Source: Trichoplax sp. H2 | Lineage: Eukaryota | DNA length: 64,000 nt | Assembly: GCA_003344405.1 (NCBI GenBank) | Contig: NOWV01000025.1 | Span: forward strand, 434,001-498,000 | Reading direction: 5' to 3' | In this document: in pieces, positions 14,201-27,900 of the stretch | Position numbering within the stretch: the first letter of the stretch is position 1 | Layout of the letters: each line of letters opens with the position of its first letter | Notes under the pieces: generated by a model | What the model was told of the DNA's origin: nothing | Seen by the model: the letters and a program-made list of their open reading frames with translations, nothing else | Databases searched by the model: none | Program-made: the position numbers and the translations under genes

Positions 14201-17200
14201 TCAACTACTACCCCATTGATGCCTAAAGAAGAATTTGATGAGCTTTTAATAGATATTGATGCCGTCCAACCTGTAACTACCTCCGAAGCCGATGTTTCTA
14301 CACGTAATTCTAATGTACTTGCAACCTCATCAGAAATTGATATAGAGGTTATCGTAGTATTCGTTGTTGAACTAGAAATGGATACACTCATTCCATAAGT
14401 GCAATAAATCGACTCCGACCATGGTGATGCTTGAGTAATAAAGCTTGATAATGGAACGCTATTCAAAGGCGTTATGTAACCATCCATGCTTTCCTTGGAG
14501 AATAGGCTAGTTTCAAGCAATGATTGCATAACATTGGTTGGGGATAAGATTACGTTTGAAACCGTAAGAGAATTGCCAAGTATTTCCTCCGAAGATAGAA
14601 TGGCATTAAAAAATGTCGTTGCACTCATGTTATGAGAAAAAGCTGAATCAATAATAATAGCAGACCCATATAAAGATGACTGAGTTAAATTCGGGGATGA
14701 GATGGAATAGTCGTATGTTAAGGAATCGTAGAGGGTTTCTTCACTTGATAAAGCGGTATCAAACCGTGTCGTTGTACTCGAATCATGTATTAACTCACTA
14801 TCTGATGTTAATGTATAGATTTCCGTTAGTGCTGGAGTAGGACTATCTGATATTGATGGATATATTTCCGTTAGTATTGGAATAGAACTATCTGATGTTA
14901 ATGTATAGATTTCCGTTAGTACTGGAGTGGGACTATCTGATATTGATGGATATATTTCCGTCAGTGTTGGGGTAGAACTATCTGATGTTAATGTATAGAT
15001 TTCCCTTAGTATTGGGGTAGGACTATCTGATGTTAATGTATAGGTTTCCGTTAGTGTTGGTGTAGGAAGCTGCGTATTACTGGTGCCTGAAATATGATTT
15101 TAGTCCTAATTAGATGTTGCAAACATATTTAAGTTACTTTGCAGAATCAATTTTTGATTAACATGCTATCGTCTAGAGTTGAAAGAGGGCAACATTAAAC
15201 TAGTAAATATGAAAGAACTTATGTCGCTATATGATAAGAATAATATAATTCATGCTTATCAAGAATAGAATTATACCGAAATAGCTCAGTTTCGAAATAT
15301 AACATCTCTAAAATATCGTAATCAAGAATAGTAATCTAGCGATATTAAATGGTTAAAAGGCTTTAAGCATTTCCAAAATAGTTAGTATAAAAGGCTTAAT
15401 AATTAATTAGTCAATCGTAATATCTTACTTGTAGGATGTGTTGTTATTGAACTTGATAATGATGAAATTATGATATAGGTTGGATCTAAAAGAACAGGAT
15501 AATTTAAGTAAACGTAGAATCTTAAATCGATACGAAACAAGTATAACCAAAACCCTCAATGAGAAAGTCTAAGTACGGTAAATATTTAGGGTTCAGAATG
15601 ATGAAATTTTGTAATGCAGCCTATTAGGATGGTTTAAAGGTAATTTAATTTCCCTTAATCCGTCATTTGTAATTTTTTAGGTATGAAATGACTAGCAGGT
15701 AGATTTTTTTAGGTGATTTTTATATGTTTAGAATCTACAATTTGCAGGCATTTTGGCGATACGTATACTATTGCAGAGTGGTGCTCAACTTAAAAGCTAC
15801 TTTATCACCATCAATCGATACATATAGAATGGAAGCTATGGGTTTAATATCGAGTATTAAGATCCTGGTAGTAATATTTAGATGCTATGTAATAAACTCT
15901 AGCTCGTATTCGTATTTAATTACAGTTATCAATAAAAACCTGCGTATAGCAATAAATCTATTTGGCCATTTGTTTCTTTTTATAAATAAGATATTATCAT
16001 CCAAACTCTATACATTGCTATAAGAACCGGCTCCTACGTAGTTGTAAACATCATACGTTAGGCAGTACCATCCATTGATAAATAGATTGCATGGGTTTTG
16101 ATAGCGAGTATAAGATTCCGGCAGTAATATTGTCACGGTGTTACTTTACCGTTAGGATAGTTTAATAAGTACAGTACTAGCTTATATGGAAAATTTTCAT
16201 ATTTGCAGTGCTAGGTAAGATAGGTGATGCCTTAACGTAGGTATTATTTGTGATAATTTATTACATATTTTATATTGATTGTTATTATGTGCAGATAGTA
16301 GTAAGATGATTCAAGTTCTAGCTATTGATAGTTGAATTGGACAACATACTTGCTTAGATTAAGATTAAGTATGAAAAAGAGAATAAAAATATTTACTGAT
16401 AGGAAGCTATGTAAGGAACATCTCAGCTCGAGATGTCTCTCTTATTAAGGTACAATAATGATACTATTGCTATTTACAGATTAAACGGTTCCTATATAAA
16501 CGGGAAAATTTGAGTTGAGTGGTATGGTGAAAAGTTGTAGATGTGTCTATGCTAATAAAAGTTCTATCTTTACGGTACTTCGCTGCGTATGTTTAACGTT
16601 TAGTAGAAGGGCCTTACGTCAGCAGTTGCTTATCGACGTTTAATATACGCTTCCTTGTCGCTGAGTTTAAATTGTTGACAACTATTTAGCTATACAGTGA
16701 ACTGTAAATTGCAATTATTTTTTATTGCAATTATCAATAGTAGGCCATTTGCGACCACTAGATAATTCTGTTATCAGTCCTCCGACAATAGGTGTTTCCA
16801 ATATATATTCGTCTACGCGTATTCCATTAACGCTTTAATTAAGATATTATGTACATTCTTTAAATGGATAATTTAATACTCTACAGTTATACAGACCGTT
16901 AAAATCGATTATGATTTCAATTTTGGGGTATTCTTAATAGCAACTTACATAGTTCGCATATTGTGCGTACTTTAGAGGTACAAGAGTGAGTTTTCCATTT
17001 CCAGTTGCCACTAACATATCCTATAATGACGCATCGATATCCGGCAACGTTCGGTTCGTTTGTTTCCCAATTTGTATAAGTTCCCGTAGTCTTATTCAAG
17101 TTCAGCCATACAAAGTCATTTGGGCCATTTAAGTTATGAGTGTCATATAAATTCAGCCAGTAAAGCTTATTATTCTGCACGCCAGAGGTAGCAGCAGCTA

Positions 17201-17421
17201 ATCGTTCCGAAGAGTTTGGGGCAACTACCTTTCCGCCCAAGCCTGCACAAAAAATCTCGGCATTGGTAAATGTACGCAAGCCGTAATTTTCTATTCCGTA
17301 GCATAACCCTCCAAAGAATTCGTAGCCAGATGGACAGGTCGGCACACTTACAGCTAAAGAGGTTTAAAAAATAGAATTTAAATTAGTTCATATAAAAGTC
17401 ATCATGATTTACCAATGTCAG
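2282..17421 (-). CDS. Adhesion GPCR paralog 1 (C-type lectin, Ser/Thr stalk, GAIN/GPS, 7TM); multi-exon, signal-peptide exons not resolved
   Basis: Phase-consistent hand-spliced exons (approx.): 16949-17353 CTL; 15429-15485; 13727-15086 stalk; 13484-13559; 13221-13406; 11763-11831; 10583-10691; 10192-10329; 8894-8975; 8648-8762; 8478-8542 (CVFWEF); 8258-8375 ([21 protein letters not shown]); TM exons 7757-7860, 7163-7269, 6776-6926 (FSWMLTEGIHLY), 6592-6658, 5064-5130 (CWLS..WAFTGP), 3922-4019, 3641-3767 ([12 protein letters not shown]), 3444-3485 (GCFFFSFHCLYNSE); tail 3214-3306, 2955-3030, 2444-2475; probable last exon 2282-2314 (SKRNTTVEIL*, least certain). Confidence 0.92.
4105..4663 (-). 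mobile_element. Solo-LTR-like element, family A, in a 7TM intron of paralog 1
   Basis: TG..CA ends, TSD atcaa/atcag, reverse complement closely matches 30222-30772 and 43505-44046; TATAAAA and AATAAA on the minus strand. Confidence 0.88.
5326..5923 (+). mobile_element. Diverged solo-LTR-like element related to family A
   Basis: tgtaaagtaac...tatattaca, TSD ccact/ctact, collinear with family A, internal ~35-bp duplication at ~5744-5813. Confidence 0.82.
9098..9666 (+). mobile_element. Solo-LTR-like element, distantly related to family B
   Basis: tgtcac...gtgaca inverted termini, perfect TSD gctct/gctct; 3' end aagctggtttgtgaca resembles aagctgttttgtgaca at 29048. Confidence 0.8.
14797..15066 (-). 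repeat. Coding 45-bp (15-aa) tandem repeat, 6 copies, in the stalk exon of paralog 1
   Basis: Units PTLTETYTLTSDSPT / PILREIYTLTSDSST / PTLTEIYPSISDSPT / PVLTEIYTLTSDSSI / PILTEIYPSISDSPT / PALTEIYTLTSDS, in frame with ORF 13660..14628. Confidence 0.93.
16131..16680 (+). mobile_element. Solo-LTR-like element, family D
   Basis: tgtca...tgaca termini, TSD aatat/actat, tatataaa ~16493 followed by aataaa ~16554. Confidence 0.75.
16949..17353 (-). CDS. C-type lectin domain exon of paralog 1
   Basis: CPSGYEFFGGLCY..AEIFC..YWLNL..NWETNEPN..C..WKWKTHSC..IC: CTLD cysteine pattern, WIGL-like motif and EPN motif; phase 1-1 exon with AG/GT ends. Confidence 0.93.
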
Positions 17422-20400
17422 CTGAATGATAGGTAATCGATCAAGTGATACCATACTATGCTATATCGAAATTCATGATTCATTTTTGTATTGAGAGATC
17501 ATTACTATGAATATAAATCATGTCTAAATAACTAGGTATGGATCCTAATTGGCTTAACAGCTGCAATATTTAAAAGTGATGTAAACTTTGATTGGAACAA
17601 ACTCAAATTATGAGGAGGCAGCGATGCAATCACTAAGAGACCTGCAGAATAAAGCAAAAGCAGACTAGAAAATTAAAATAATGAACCATAAATATTTATA
17701 GTCCAACCATATAAATAGCTAAGAACCTTCTTGAATTCTAACTGGGGTAATAAATTAATTAACTCTAGTTACTTTATTGGCAACAGCAATATATTGGGCT
17801 ACTACTATTATTAAAATGTATCTTAGCCGCTATTAACGAAATATGATAGCATTCTACCCAAACTGTCTAATTTGACTCGCAATACTTAATCATAGATAAC
17901 TATTAATAAATAATACAAGCCATCGTGTGTACTGTTAAATAATTTTTATTCTGTACGAATACGGAGAATTTCCTGCGCCATCTACTTTGAATGGTACTAG
18001 CAAACTATGAAAAGCATAAATTGCATAAGGCCGCAGTTGCTGCTGTTTTTAACAAAAAAATTTAATTCTTTACGGCAATGGATAAAATCAATCTGCATAG
18101 CCTTCATGCGATTACAATAATCGGATATAATGCTTATTCAGATGACAAAATGTATCTATAAATGTGATAGTAAAAGAAGTAATCATTCCTATCAATATAC
18201 CTGCACGCGTTGAATAGCTTGACCATTTTGCTATACATATTGCTAAAAACTAAATTTAAATCAAATAAACACCAAATTAATACAAGTCAATTTACACTAT
18301 CATTAAATGAGATACTCCATATTAGTATACAGTACAGCTGCTATGGCAATTCTTTCTACGAAATTTTAAAAGGACAAAAGTCATAAATTGATAGTCTTAA
18401 AAATTGTGGATTAAGTCTTAATGATTCTTTCATGTTATGAAAGCTAAATAGGGCTAATCCTCTATCTTGAAACATGAGAAGCGTAAAATATAAGATATCA
18501 ACTTGTTATCAGAACCACCTTGAAAGAATTATTTTCTAATACATTTTATCGTGTTTATACATAGATCTTTTTCAATAATAAAGAGTGAGCAAAGTTTTAA
18601 ATAGGTTCAAATAAAACGCATTTAATTTACAAGGTGTGATAACTTAAAAAGGCACTAATGAAACCTTGCCCTTCTTCCGTTCAGACGATTGTCTCGGACA
18701 ATTTATAAAATTGTTCTTTAATTTCTATATCAGATAGGTATAACTTTTGACTTCCTTATGTTATTAATGTTGCCAACAGGCGGAATCTTAATAAAAGGAT
18801 AATATTAATTTCAGCAACAACTGATATATAATACTGGTACTTTTTCGAAACATTTCTACTTTAAAGCAAGGTAGATTTGCTAGAAATCTCCAGGTAAGTG
18901 TTTTTTCTTTAACCTTTTCTATGCACTCACATACTGCAAATTGCATATCTAAGAGACTGTGCCTCTATAGTCAAACAGAATAAGTTAGAGTTGTAGTGAG
19001 CTTATAATATAGAAACTGAATCAAGGCACAATACGCATGTTTTTATGTATGTTTTATGTATGTTTTATGTATATTGGCTATTACAATCCTGGATTGATAC
19101 TAATGACTGAATACAGTATTTAAGGACAAGTTTTTACTGGTAATGTGACAAGAGTGCTCATATACAGAAGAAATAAGTACATCAAATTAAACCAAGTTTA
19201 GCCGTAGTAAACTAGTTCACCTCTGAATTTATGTCTATAATCTCTATCAAAATCTGTAAGTTGAAATTATCATTCAATTTATCCATTAAATTAATACCAT
19301 TAAAATAGAATAAATTTGAACAATAGCAATCTTACATGCAAGCATATCCTTTTGAAGATATTACCAAACACCCTATTATTATTTAATCAGTCAGTAGATT
19401 AATTAACTTTACTAGATAACTGTATCCAAGGAAATATTTTTTAGAGTAATAATGGATGAAGTTTGAAATTTCGTAAGCAAGCGTAGCCTTAACACTTAGT
19501 AAAGTTAATGCTATTTAGAGTAAATGAATCAATTACCATTGGGGTTCTTACGTGCATTGTAAATTAATTGTGATATTCAACAATGCAAGAGACAGCTTTC
19601 GAAATTTGAGTGAAAACTATTAAGCAGTATAACATAGCAACGAAATAGTGATGAAATGAATATTTGACCTGCTATCATTTACTCAGTCATTACAAAATCC
19701 TGCCACGGTGATTCGGTTGGACTAAAATAGATTTATTTCTGTATTACTTTCATTCTCTCACATATGTCGAGGATGTAACTTACTTATTATAGCCAAAAGA
19801 TAATTTTTCATCGACACCTTTTAGTCGCTGTTATTCCTATTTTGGCAATTTTATTTCGTGCAATAAATTATTACACTAGCTCATCATGTAAAATATATAG
19901 TCCATTATATGCGGCAATACTGAAATACTTTCAACAACAACATCTCTATAAGCTATCTTACTAGGCAAACTTGTGTTGTAACAATATGATATTTTAATGC
20001 CGTCGACTTTACAGTATTTATGATCTAGTAGTTAATTTATTCAGTTATTTATAGAGCTTTAGGAGACATAGATGGTGCATTTATTATTTAATAATCACGA
20101 TACAACCGAAATTGAAAGGGGTTACTTTAGTATGCTAGCCATATGGATAAGAGAAAATTTGAAGTGAAAATTAAAGGATTCTAATTAAAATGAGGTATTC
20201 ATATCGAACTTGAAATTAGGAAAAAACGCCTCATCTAAGATAGTCAATCTAAAAAATAATTTTAGGGCTGGAAGTAAACTATGAAATTTCTATACATGTG
20301 TATAAGTAACTTCCTTCGTGTATATGGCAGTACGTACGATTACAATGCTATAGTATATTCTCTAACAATAGCGGCCGATATACAGCATTTTAGTATATCA

Positions 20401-23400
20401 AGTATTCTTTACTATCATTCTTAAAACCGCTACAAATTGAACATATAAGAATTGATAATTTGGAAATATACTAAGTAGGACAAGCTTTAATTTATTGGGG
20501 ATATCCGTTTAAAATTAATTGTCTCGATAAATGCTAACTTTAGAGTTCATAGACTACAGTTGATGATCAACCTCGGGTAGCAATAATTATTATGGAATCG
20601 ATCATATCAGCAATTCTTATGGGCGATTTTCGCAATACGAATACACTATAAAAAACGAGCAATAGTTGTTTTTTCATTTTATTTCGACTTACCAATACCA
20701 TGCAGCGTTGAATTTGCCAGGAAAAGCGATATACTAAGACCATGGTTCAATCGAAATCGCTCGGAGATACAACAACTTAAAATATTTGGTAAGCTGAGAG
20801 ATAAAATTATTCTACTAACAGTTTGCAATAACTGTAAAACTGTTTTCCCTGACGGTATCCCTGCTATTCTTAAATAGTGAAGGAAAAATCAATGATAAAA
20901 CAGTTGCCTATTGTTAAGCGATAACGGTGAATCATTCATTCATTCATTTAATACCATTCGATTGCTTTACTAATGTACGTGCTTAAAATTTTATCTTACA
21001 TTCAACTCATGAAATAATCCATTAATTAAATATCCTTATTCCCTTTACACTTTATGTTTACGTATGTCATTTATAAATGGTCACATTCAATTATTGTCGA
21101 TTGACCTATTTGATATTTCAAGACATTCAAAATTTGTTTATTTAATGCAGTCGGCATATTTTTTGTATGTAACAGTTGCTTTATAATACTATATCATAGT
21201 CGCTAGAAATGATTTTATTTTTAACGTTATAATATTGTAATTTTGAGAAATGGATCGAATATTGAAATTAGTTCCGGTTTGTGACAATGGTAAACAGAAT
21301 ATTTTCCATGAGTTTGCAAGTTGACCGGTGGCAAATGAAATACTTAGTATTGAAATCCGTATAAAATCTTATTATCATCATTTACACCCTTATAATATTG
21401 ATTAATGAGTTAAGAATGGCATCATAGAGCAGTTATACTGTAAATTATCATAGTAAAAATTGATTTAAATGCGATGTAAGTGATTCAGCAATTATACAAA
21501 TATTATCAAACAAGCCAGATGATCTTAGCTTGATAGATAATTAGAAATTTAAAAAAATGGACTTTAAAGCTAATTAGGACCATTGGTCTATGTATCCACC
21601 TTTGCCTTTATCATATGTCAGCTGCATATTTCTTGCTAGTACTGTATACTTCAAATATACTATCATTTTCTGCATATCATCTAAATGATGTGTGTTCTAG
21701 ATATCAACAAGCTAACCAATCAAAATATTCATGGCAGATTAGCGTTATACATCAGCCCCATAAAATATCCAATTAGAATATTTAGCTTACGCTGCTTTAG
21801 CGCTTTATTAATAAAATATGATCACATTCCAAACGAAACCGATAAACGTTATTATCAATATTAGGACAACTAAAATTAATAATTCAATAAACTATTTTAG
21901 AACAGTACAAACAATGTTATTTTATAATATCAACGTCACTATATACGGTAATAAAATCTCATCGTCATACGTAGATTAAATAGCTATACTAAATATTTAA
22001 TCTAAACTATGTATTATTAAAATCAATACGGCTTTAAAGATTGAATAGTCACAGCAAATGAATACCATAAAAAAGAGTATTGCAATATTTATTAGGCAAG
22101 GGTGATATTTCAGCTAGATACAGTACTGTAATATTGTTTCAATTGTATAGTGTATAAATTCTAATTCATTAATTTCAGTTATTGCGTAGAACATTGGTAC
22201 AAGTCTCCCACTATGAACGTAACATAATATTAACTGAAAATTATCCATCTTCACGTAAATATAATTATTTTTTATTATCTCAAATATATTATCTCATAAT
22301 TGAAAGGGATCTATTTTTTACATTTATTATAACAATACTTCGTTAATTTTAAATTTTTATAGAAGTTAATTATTTTAGGTAGATCATAGTTCACATTGAT
22401 CTCTAAATAATTTTACCTAGATGATATTTACATTAAGTCTATTTTTGATATCTTGTTAATTATTTAGAATATACGATATACCTTGATAACCTCTATCTCA
22501 ATATTCACCCGTATTATAGTCAAATAGAAGCTATCTCCGATTTTAAGGCGGATCTTTAATGTCGAGGCCAATATTGCCCATTGCACTTAATCGCTGTAGT
22601 ATTATCAGCTCAAGTTTGTTTATAAATATTTTACAATAATGATTAAAGCAATTATTCAATTTATTCCGATACCTTTTTATTGTCCAATAAAGTTAACTGC
22701 TACTGTTTCGATAAATAAAAAGGCTGACTACTCGTCATAGCAACTTAAAGAGGAATTTTAAGATTGAGAATCCAGATATTATATCAGTAATATAGATTAT
22801 CGTTGCATAAAACATAGGTAGTTAAATACGAATCAATCTTCAGAATAACTGAATTAACTAATTCATAAGAAAGCCATGAAAATTAGCTTGAAAGTCATCT
22901 TAAACGTTGTAGTTATTTTTAGCAACTTCTTTTTATGAAATCTTTCATCCAAAACTTATTACGTACGAATTAAATGGCATAAAATTAGCCATTATTAAAG
23001 CTAAATTTAAGATGGCCTTATACCACACTTAAATATGTCTACAACTTGAAAAGCATTTGAATTCATAGACATGCTAAATTTAGTTGACGCTAACTAATTA
23101 ACAATAATACATAGAGTAGAGCGAACATAGATCCTTACTAGTAAACTATCTAACGTATTATCGATAGTCAATGTACGGTAATAATTATCTACTGAAAAAC
23201 TTTTACAAAATAACAAGGATATACAAGTATCAAATAAGGCATTCTAACATTTATGTTATAGACTAACTCACTCGGACAATACTACAGTAGTAATTGTTTA
23301 CTCTCGATATGATTTTGCCAAAAACCACGGTTTCAGAAACTATTTCGGCTTGTTTAATAGTTCTAATAGTTGTATTGCCCACATTTCAGAAGAATTACCA

Positions 23401-24941
23401 ACTGATCTCTAGCAAAAGAAATTAAGACAATGGCTGAACGAAACGCTAATTCTAAAGCTAGAGGCATCATGGTTGTGAATTACATCATGTGAGCTTTGAG
23501 ATGTAACTTCTACGGTTATATTTCGGCTTTAATTATATTTTATTTCTTTGATACTGCTTATTTAGAACAAAAACAAAATATTTCCAATAAATTTACTGCT
23601 GCAAATGCATAATAATAATCCCATAACAAAATAAATTATTGATGGATTTAGCTTGTCATTGCGGCTTAGCTAACGGAGATTATCAACTTTCGGCATCTTT
23701 AGAAGCTATATTTCGAACGCATATTATTACTGCATATCTGATTTCTAATCCATTTGATTTGCGCGTCATAATTCCTTAGTGAACTTTTGCACAAAATCTT
23801 GAGTGCGTGTAATGTGGTCGAAATTAGACTTTTATTCCCTTGGAAATGATATTTAATCTACGTATATAATACTTAAATTCCACAAAATTTTTTTCGTATT
23901 ACGTAAAATGTCAGTTTAATATCAATAAATGACAGTTCAAAACTAATCAATAAGTCCTTCTATTTACACACTGAGTCATATTGATGTGTTTTAATTAATT
24001 AACGGCTTTAATGGAGCTTTTTCAGTATCTAATGAGAGTAACATCTTATAATTACTCATCAGAGTGAAATTAATCACATTACTTTAATTATTTCTATTTT
24101 CCCATTAATAAATAGGAATGCCTTCATTCTGATAATTTATTATCATATTGCAAAATTAAATAAGTTATGGTTTTCCGTAAACTATTGAAATTTTTCGTTT
24201 GTTTGCATGTTTAATGATCGCTATAGTCAGTACTGCAGTGAAACTTATTATCGATACATTCCAATTTTTAACACGAAGCAATTTCTTGAAAGAGTTTACT
24301 CTTTAGACATCTAACATGCAACATGTATTACTTATATATATACTTTACTATACGAAAGGGAAATTGCTACCGAAAAAGCTGCGAACTTCAGTGGTAAGGG
24401 AAAAAATGTATGTTAATTATTATTTCATAGTTTATATTATTTTCCTAGGCGTTTGCATTTCATTATCGTATAATTGTTTAGTATAAGATGAATTCATATA
24501 AATGATTGAAGGTACAATAAATTTTAATAGTTGAATTTTGCTATTCAGTTGTGCTTTCACATCAATGATTATAAATATGGTTACGTTTATAATGCGTAAT
24601 AATCACAATATCATACTTGAGGACTGACAATGGGTAACTGTAAAGAGTATCATGACACGCTTCTAATTCATCTAGGCGAAACCCTTAATTGCATGAATAT
24701 CTTTCTTCTTATTTCATGATAAAATATAAATCCTCTCACACGATGATTAATCCGGCTGTATTAGTTTGTGGTAGAATTTGAGATCTGTTGATTCTACAAT
24801 GTTTAGAGAAGTTTAAATCATTATATGAATGCAGAAATGGCGTTACAGCACTATATCAAAATAGATTAATATCAGTATTTACTACTACTGGATTTACATT
24901 GTTATATTACCAAGCTTAAAACATATTTTAAACTTAGGATT

Positions 24942-27900
24942 CTACATGTAAGTTGAAGATTCCACTGCTGATGTAAATTGAATAACTTCCACCTCATTAA
25001 AAATCTAGAATGTTTTTACTTCTTGATTTAAATGGATCATGTATGCACTACTTAGCCATTTTTTTTAATTTTGACAGTCTGAATCTAATCCGAATTATTG
25101 AGCAATATAAAGAGTCTATATTCAAAAATAGTTTAATGATACTCGTGTAATAATTTATTGAAATCTTACCGAAAAAACTCGTGATATTTGAACATCATCA
25201 TCTGCAATATAGGAAAGAAGTAAAGTAATTTAATGATACGAGACCTTAAACATTAATAGGCATACCGTATTTAAACTCAGATATAATAAAGTATCCTAAA
25301 ATTATATGAAACAAAAACTGGAAAGTGATCTCACATTCAGAATTACTGCAAAGAGGGGTATAATTTACACTATCTATATGAACGTATACACTTTGCAAAT
25401 TTTCATCATTAATTGACAGTATTATTTGTATTACTTCTTTTCGATATAGCGGTGATCTAAATGCCTGTAACGGTCTATCACTGTTGGCTATACCAATTTT
25501 AAGTCTATTTTCAAATCTTTAAATATCACTACATAACTCTAAAGGTGCGGCAATTAATAGTAAATAATATAATCTAATGTATTGCCTATATTATATCGAT
25601 GCCAGAATGTCTTCGATCCTGAAAGCAACTAATCATACTGTAATACAGTTCAGAGAGGTTTTTCTTACCATGATACATTACGCCGTCAATATTAGTTACA
25701 CTTTTATCTGATGACTTCTCTATTGAACTAATTCCTCGTTTATTACCTTTCTGTAAAGTTAAGCAAGATAAAAATGAACGCTGGTTATACCTTTCCTATT
25801 ACATCCTAGTAAGAACTGATCATGCAGTAGTAAATCTCTTAGGTTATTAATTTACATGAAGTCCCTTCATAGTAGAAATGACGGCTTCAGAGCTTATCTT
25901 TCCTTTCGATAGCTTACTAGTTAATCCAAGCTTTCTTTTGAGCAAAATTCTCACCTATAAAAGAATAGGTATTTTAAATATCAAATTAAACAGAAGATAA
26001 TAAAATAACGATTTAGCATCTACTAAAATGATTGATAATCATGAAAAAGCTTGATCAATCCTAAGAAAATTTTTAATTTTATCCTTGTAACTGTTATATC
26101 GAAAATGAGCATCCCAAATACTTAGGATTACCATGCAGAAAATTAAAAATTTTATCGCTACTATAGCTAAAGTGCTAAAGATGTTCATTAATAATGCCTG
26201 GGCCATGCAGATACCGAGTGTTTTAGTTTATGTCTTCTCATAGCCACTTATTAATCTACTTGATATTATTTTTATATATAGCTAACGTGATATATATATA
26301 TATATATTAATCTACCTCGGAGTTCCATAAACAGTGGCAAACGAAAAATAGCAAGCCCTGGAATATACAAGAAAGAATGAATCGCCGATTGAAATATTGT
26401 ACTTAAAATATAGATAATAAACAAAACGCGATTACAATTATCCATCCGGAATCAGCAAGCGTAAATGTCACTATTCACCTGTAATCCATTTAAGATGACA
26501 AAAATATAACTAAAAATGATAGACTGATCATTCGTAGACAAGATTCCAAATATCCATGTAAGACCAAGGATAGGTAGTAATATCAGTAAAGCTTTTGAAA
26601 TGGTCCTAGGCTCAAAAGTAAAACAATTAGAAATTTACGCTTATTCTCTGAATTTGCTCTTTTAATTACTTTCTTATTTCTCTCTTAATATTTATGAGTC
26701 TGTCATTTATAAATCTGAAAATTAATGATACATGCACAGGAATATGATTAATTTTAGCTATAAGTAAATTTAGAGATTTTTACGTATTTACTTTGCTTGC
26801 TTCTTAGTACTGCCTGTATCGTTTTGATGAATTTTAGCTTTATTGAATGTAACTTTGATTATTAACACCATGACCACGAAGTTTACCTAGAAATAATGAT
26901 TGTATCAAATTAATAATCAGTACTGGGAATAAATTAAAAAAAATTAATACTATTTCTATTAGTATTTATTCTACGGCCTACTTGACTGCTAGAAACGGTA
27001 AAAGGTGGCACTTACAGCTATAACAAATAGAGCTGGGCCAGTAAATGCCCAAATCATTCCATTATTGAGGGATAACCAGCATCTTGATTAAAGCAAGAGA
27101 TGGTTGAAATTATTATCAGTTCATTGCATGTATATTTCAAAAAATTTCATCTTTATATACAGTAACTAATTAAAACAATCCAACTTTACTATTTCACTTA
27201 CATTTGATTAAGCCCGTAGTATTTATGCCCTAAACCTACAGCTGTTCCTACAATTACTGCAGGAGCACCTGTAATAGCAAAATGTACTCAAATATGCGTT
27301 GCATTTTGCTCACATTAGATATTAAAACCTTTTCTTATCAAATCATTATCGGTTATAATTTATTAAATACCATTCCTTACCCCAGCCTAAGATATAATAT
27401 AGTTTAAGCCTTGACTTTGTATTAAATACTGATATAATTTGAAAATATAAATGTAGTGCTTCCATTAACATCCATGAAAACATTGCTAGGAGGAAATAGT
27501 GCAAGCCAATAGCGACTACTTTACAGATTACCTATAAAATCAAAATAAATATTCATGAAGTATAATTACTAGTCCCATCTTCTAAGCATATTGAAGTAGA
27601 CCGATTTTATTGCAGTAAAGTATTGGTATTGAAATACATTTGATGTACTTTATTATAAAGTAAAGCAAGAATTAAAATATTTTTGAATAGTGCTAGATTG
27701 GAATGCAAGTAACTGCACCGCAAATTCTTCTTTAAATTTTAAAGTAATGGATATTACAATAACTTCATTGATGCTACTACAGAAAATTACGCATGAAATG
27801 ATTACAATCTCTGAAACTGAAAGTAAACAGAAATATTGCAATCTTTGACTAATTTTTCGCTATTTTTCATGCGCAGCAATATATTCGTATAATAGGAAAT

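Noticed and set aside
14216..14398. Plus-strand ORFs (also 33178, 49613, 57888, 58990)
   Set aside because: Antisense shadows of real minus-strand exons.
14797..15066. CRISPR-like periodicity
   Set aside because: No unique spacers; it is a coding repeat in a eukaryotic exon.
20694..20743. Candidate first exon of paralog 1 (MVLVYRFSWQIQRCMVL, gtaagt donor)
   Set aside because: I could not build an in-phase path to the phase-1 exons at 18202-18242 and 17603-17641; left unresolved.
18300..24900. Possible additional gene in this spacer (also 36300-42700)
   Set aside because: Only short low-complexity ORFs and no consistent exon chain or motif.
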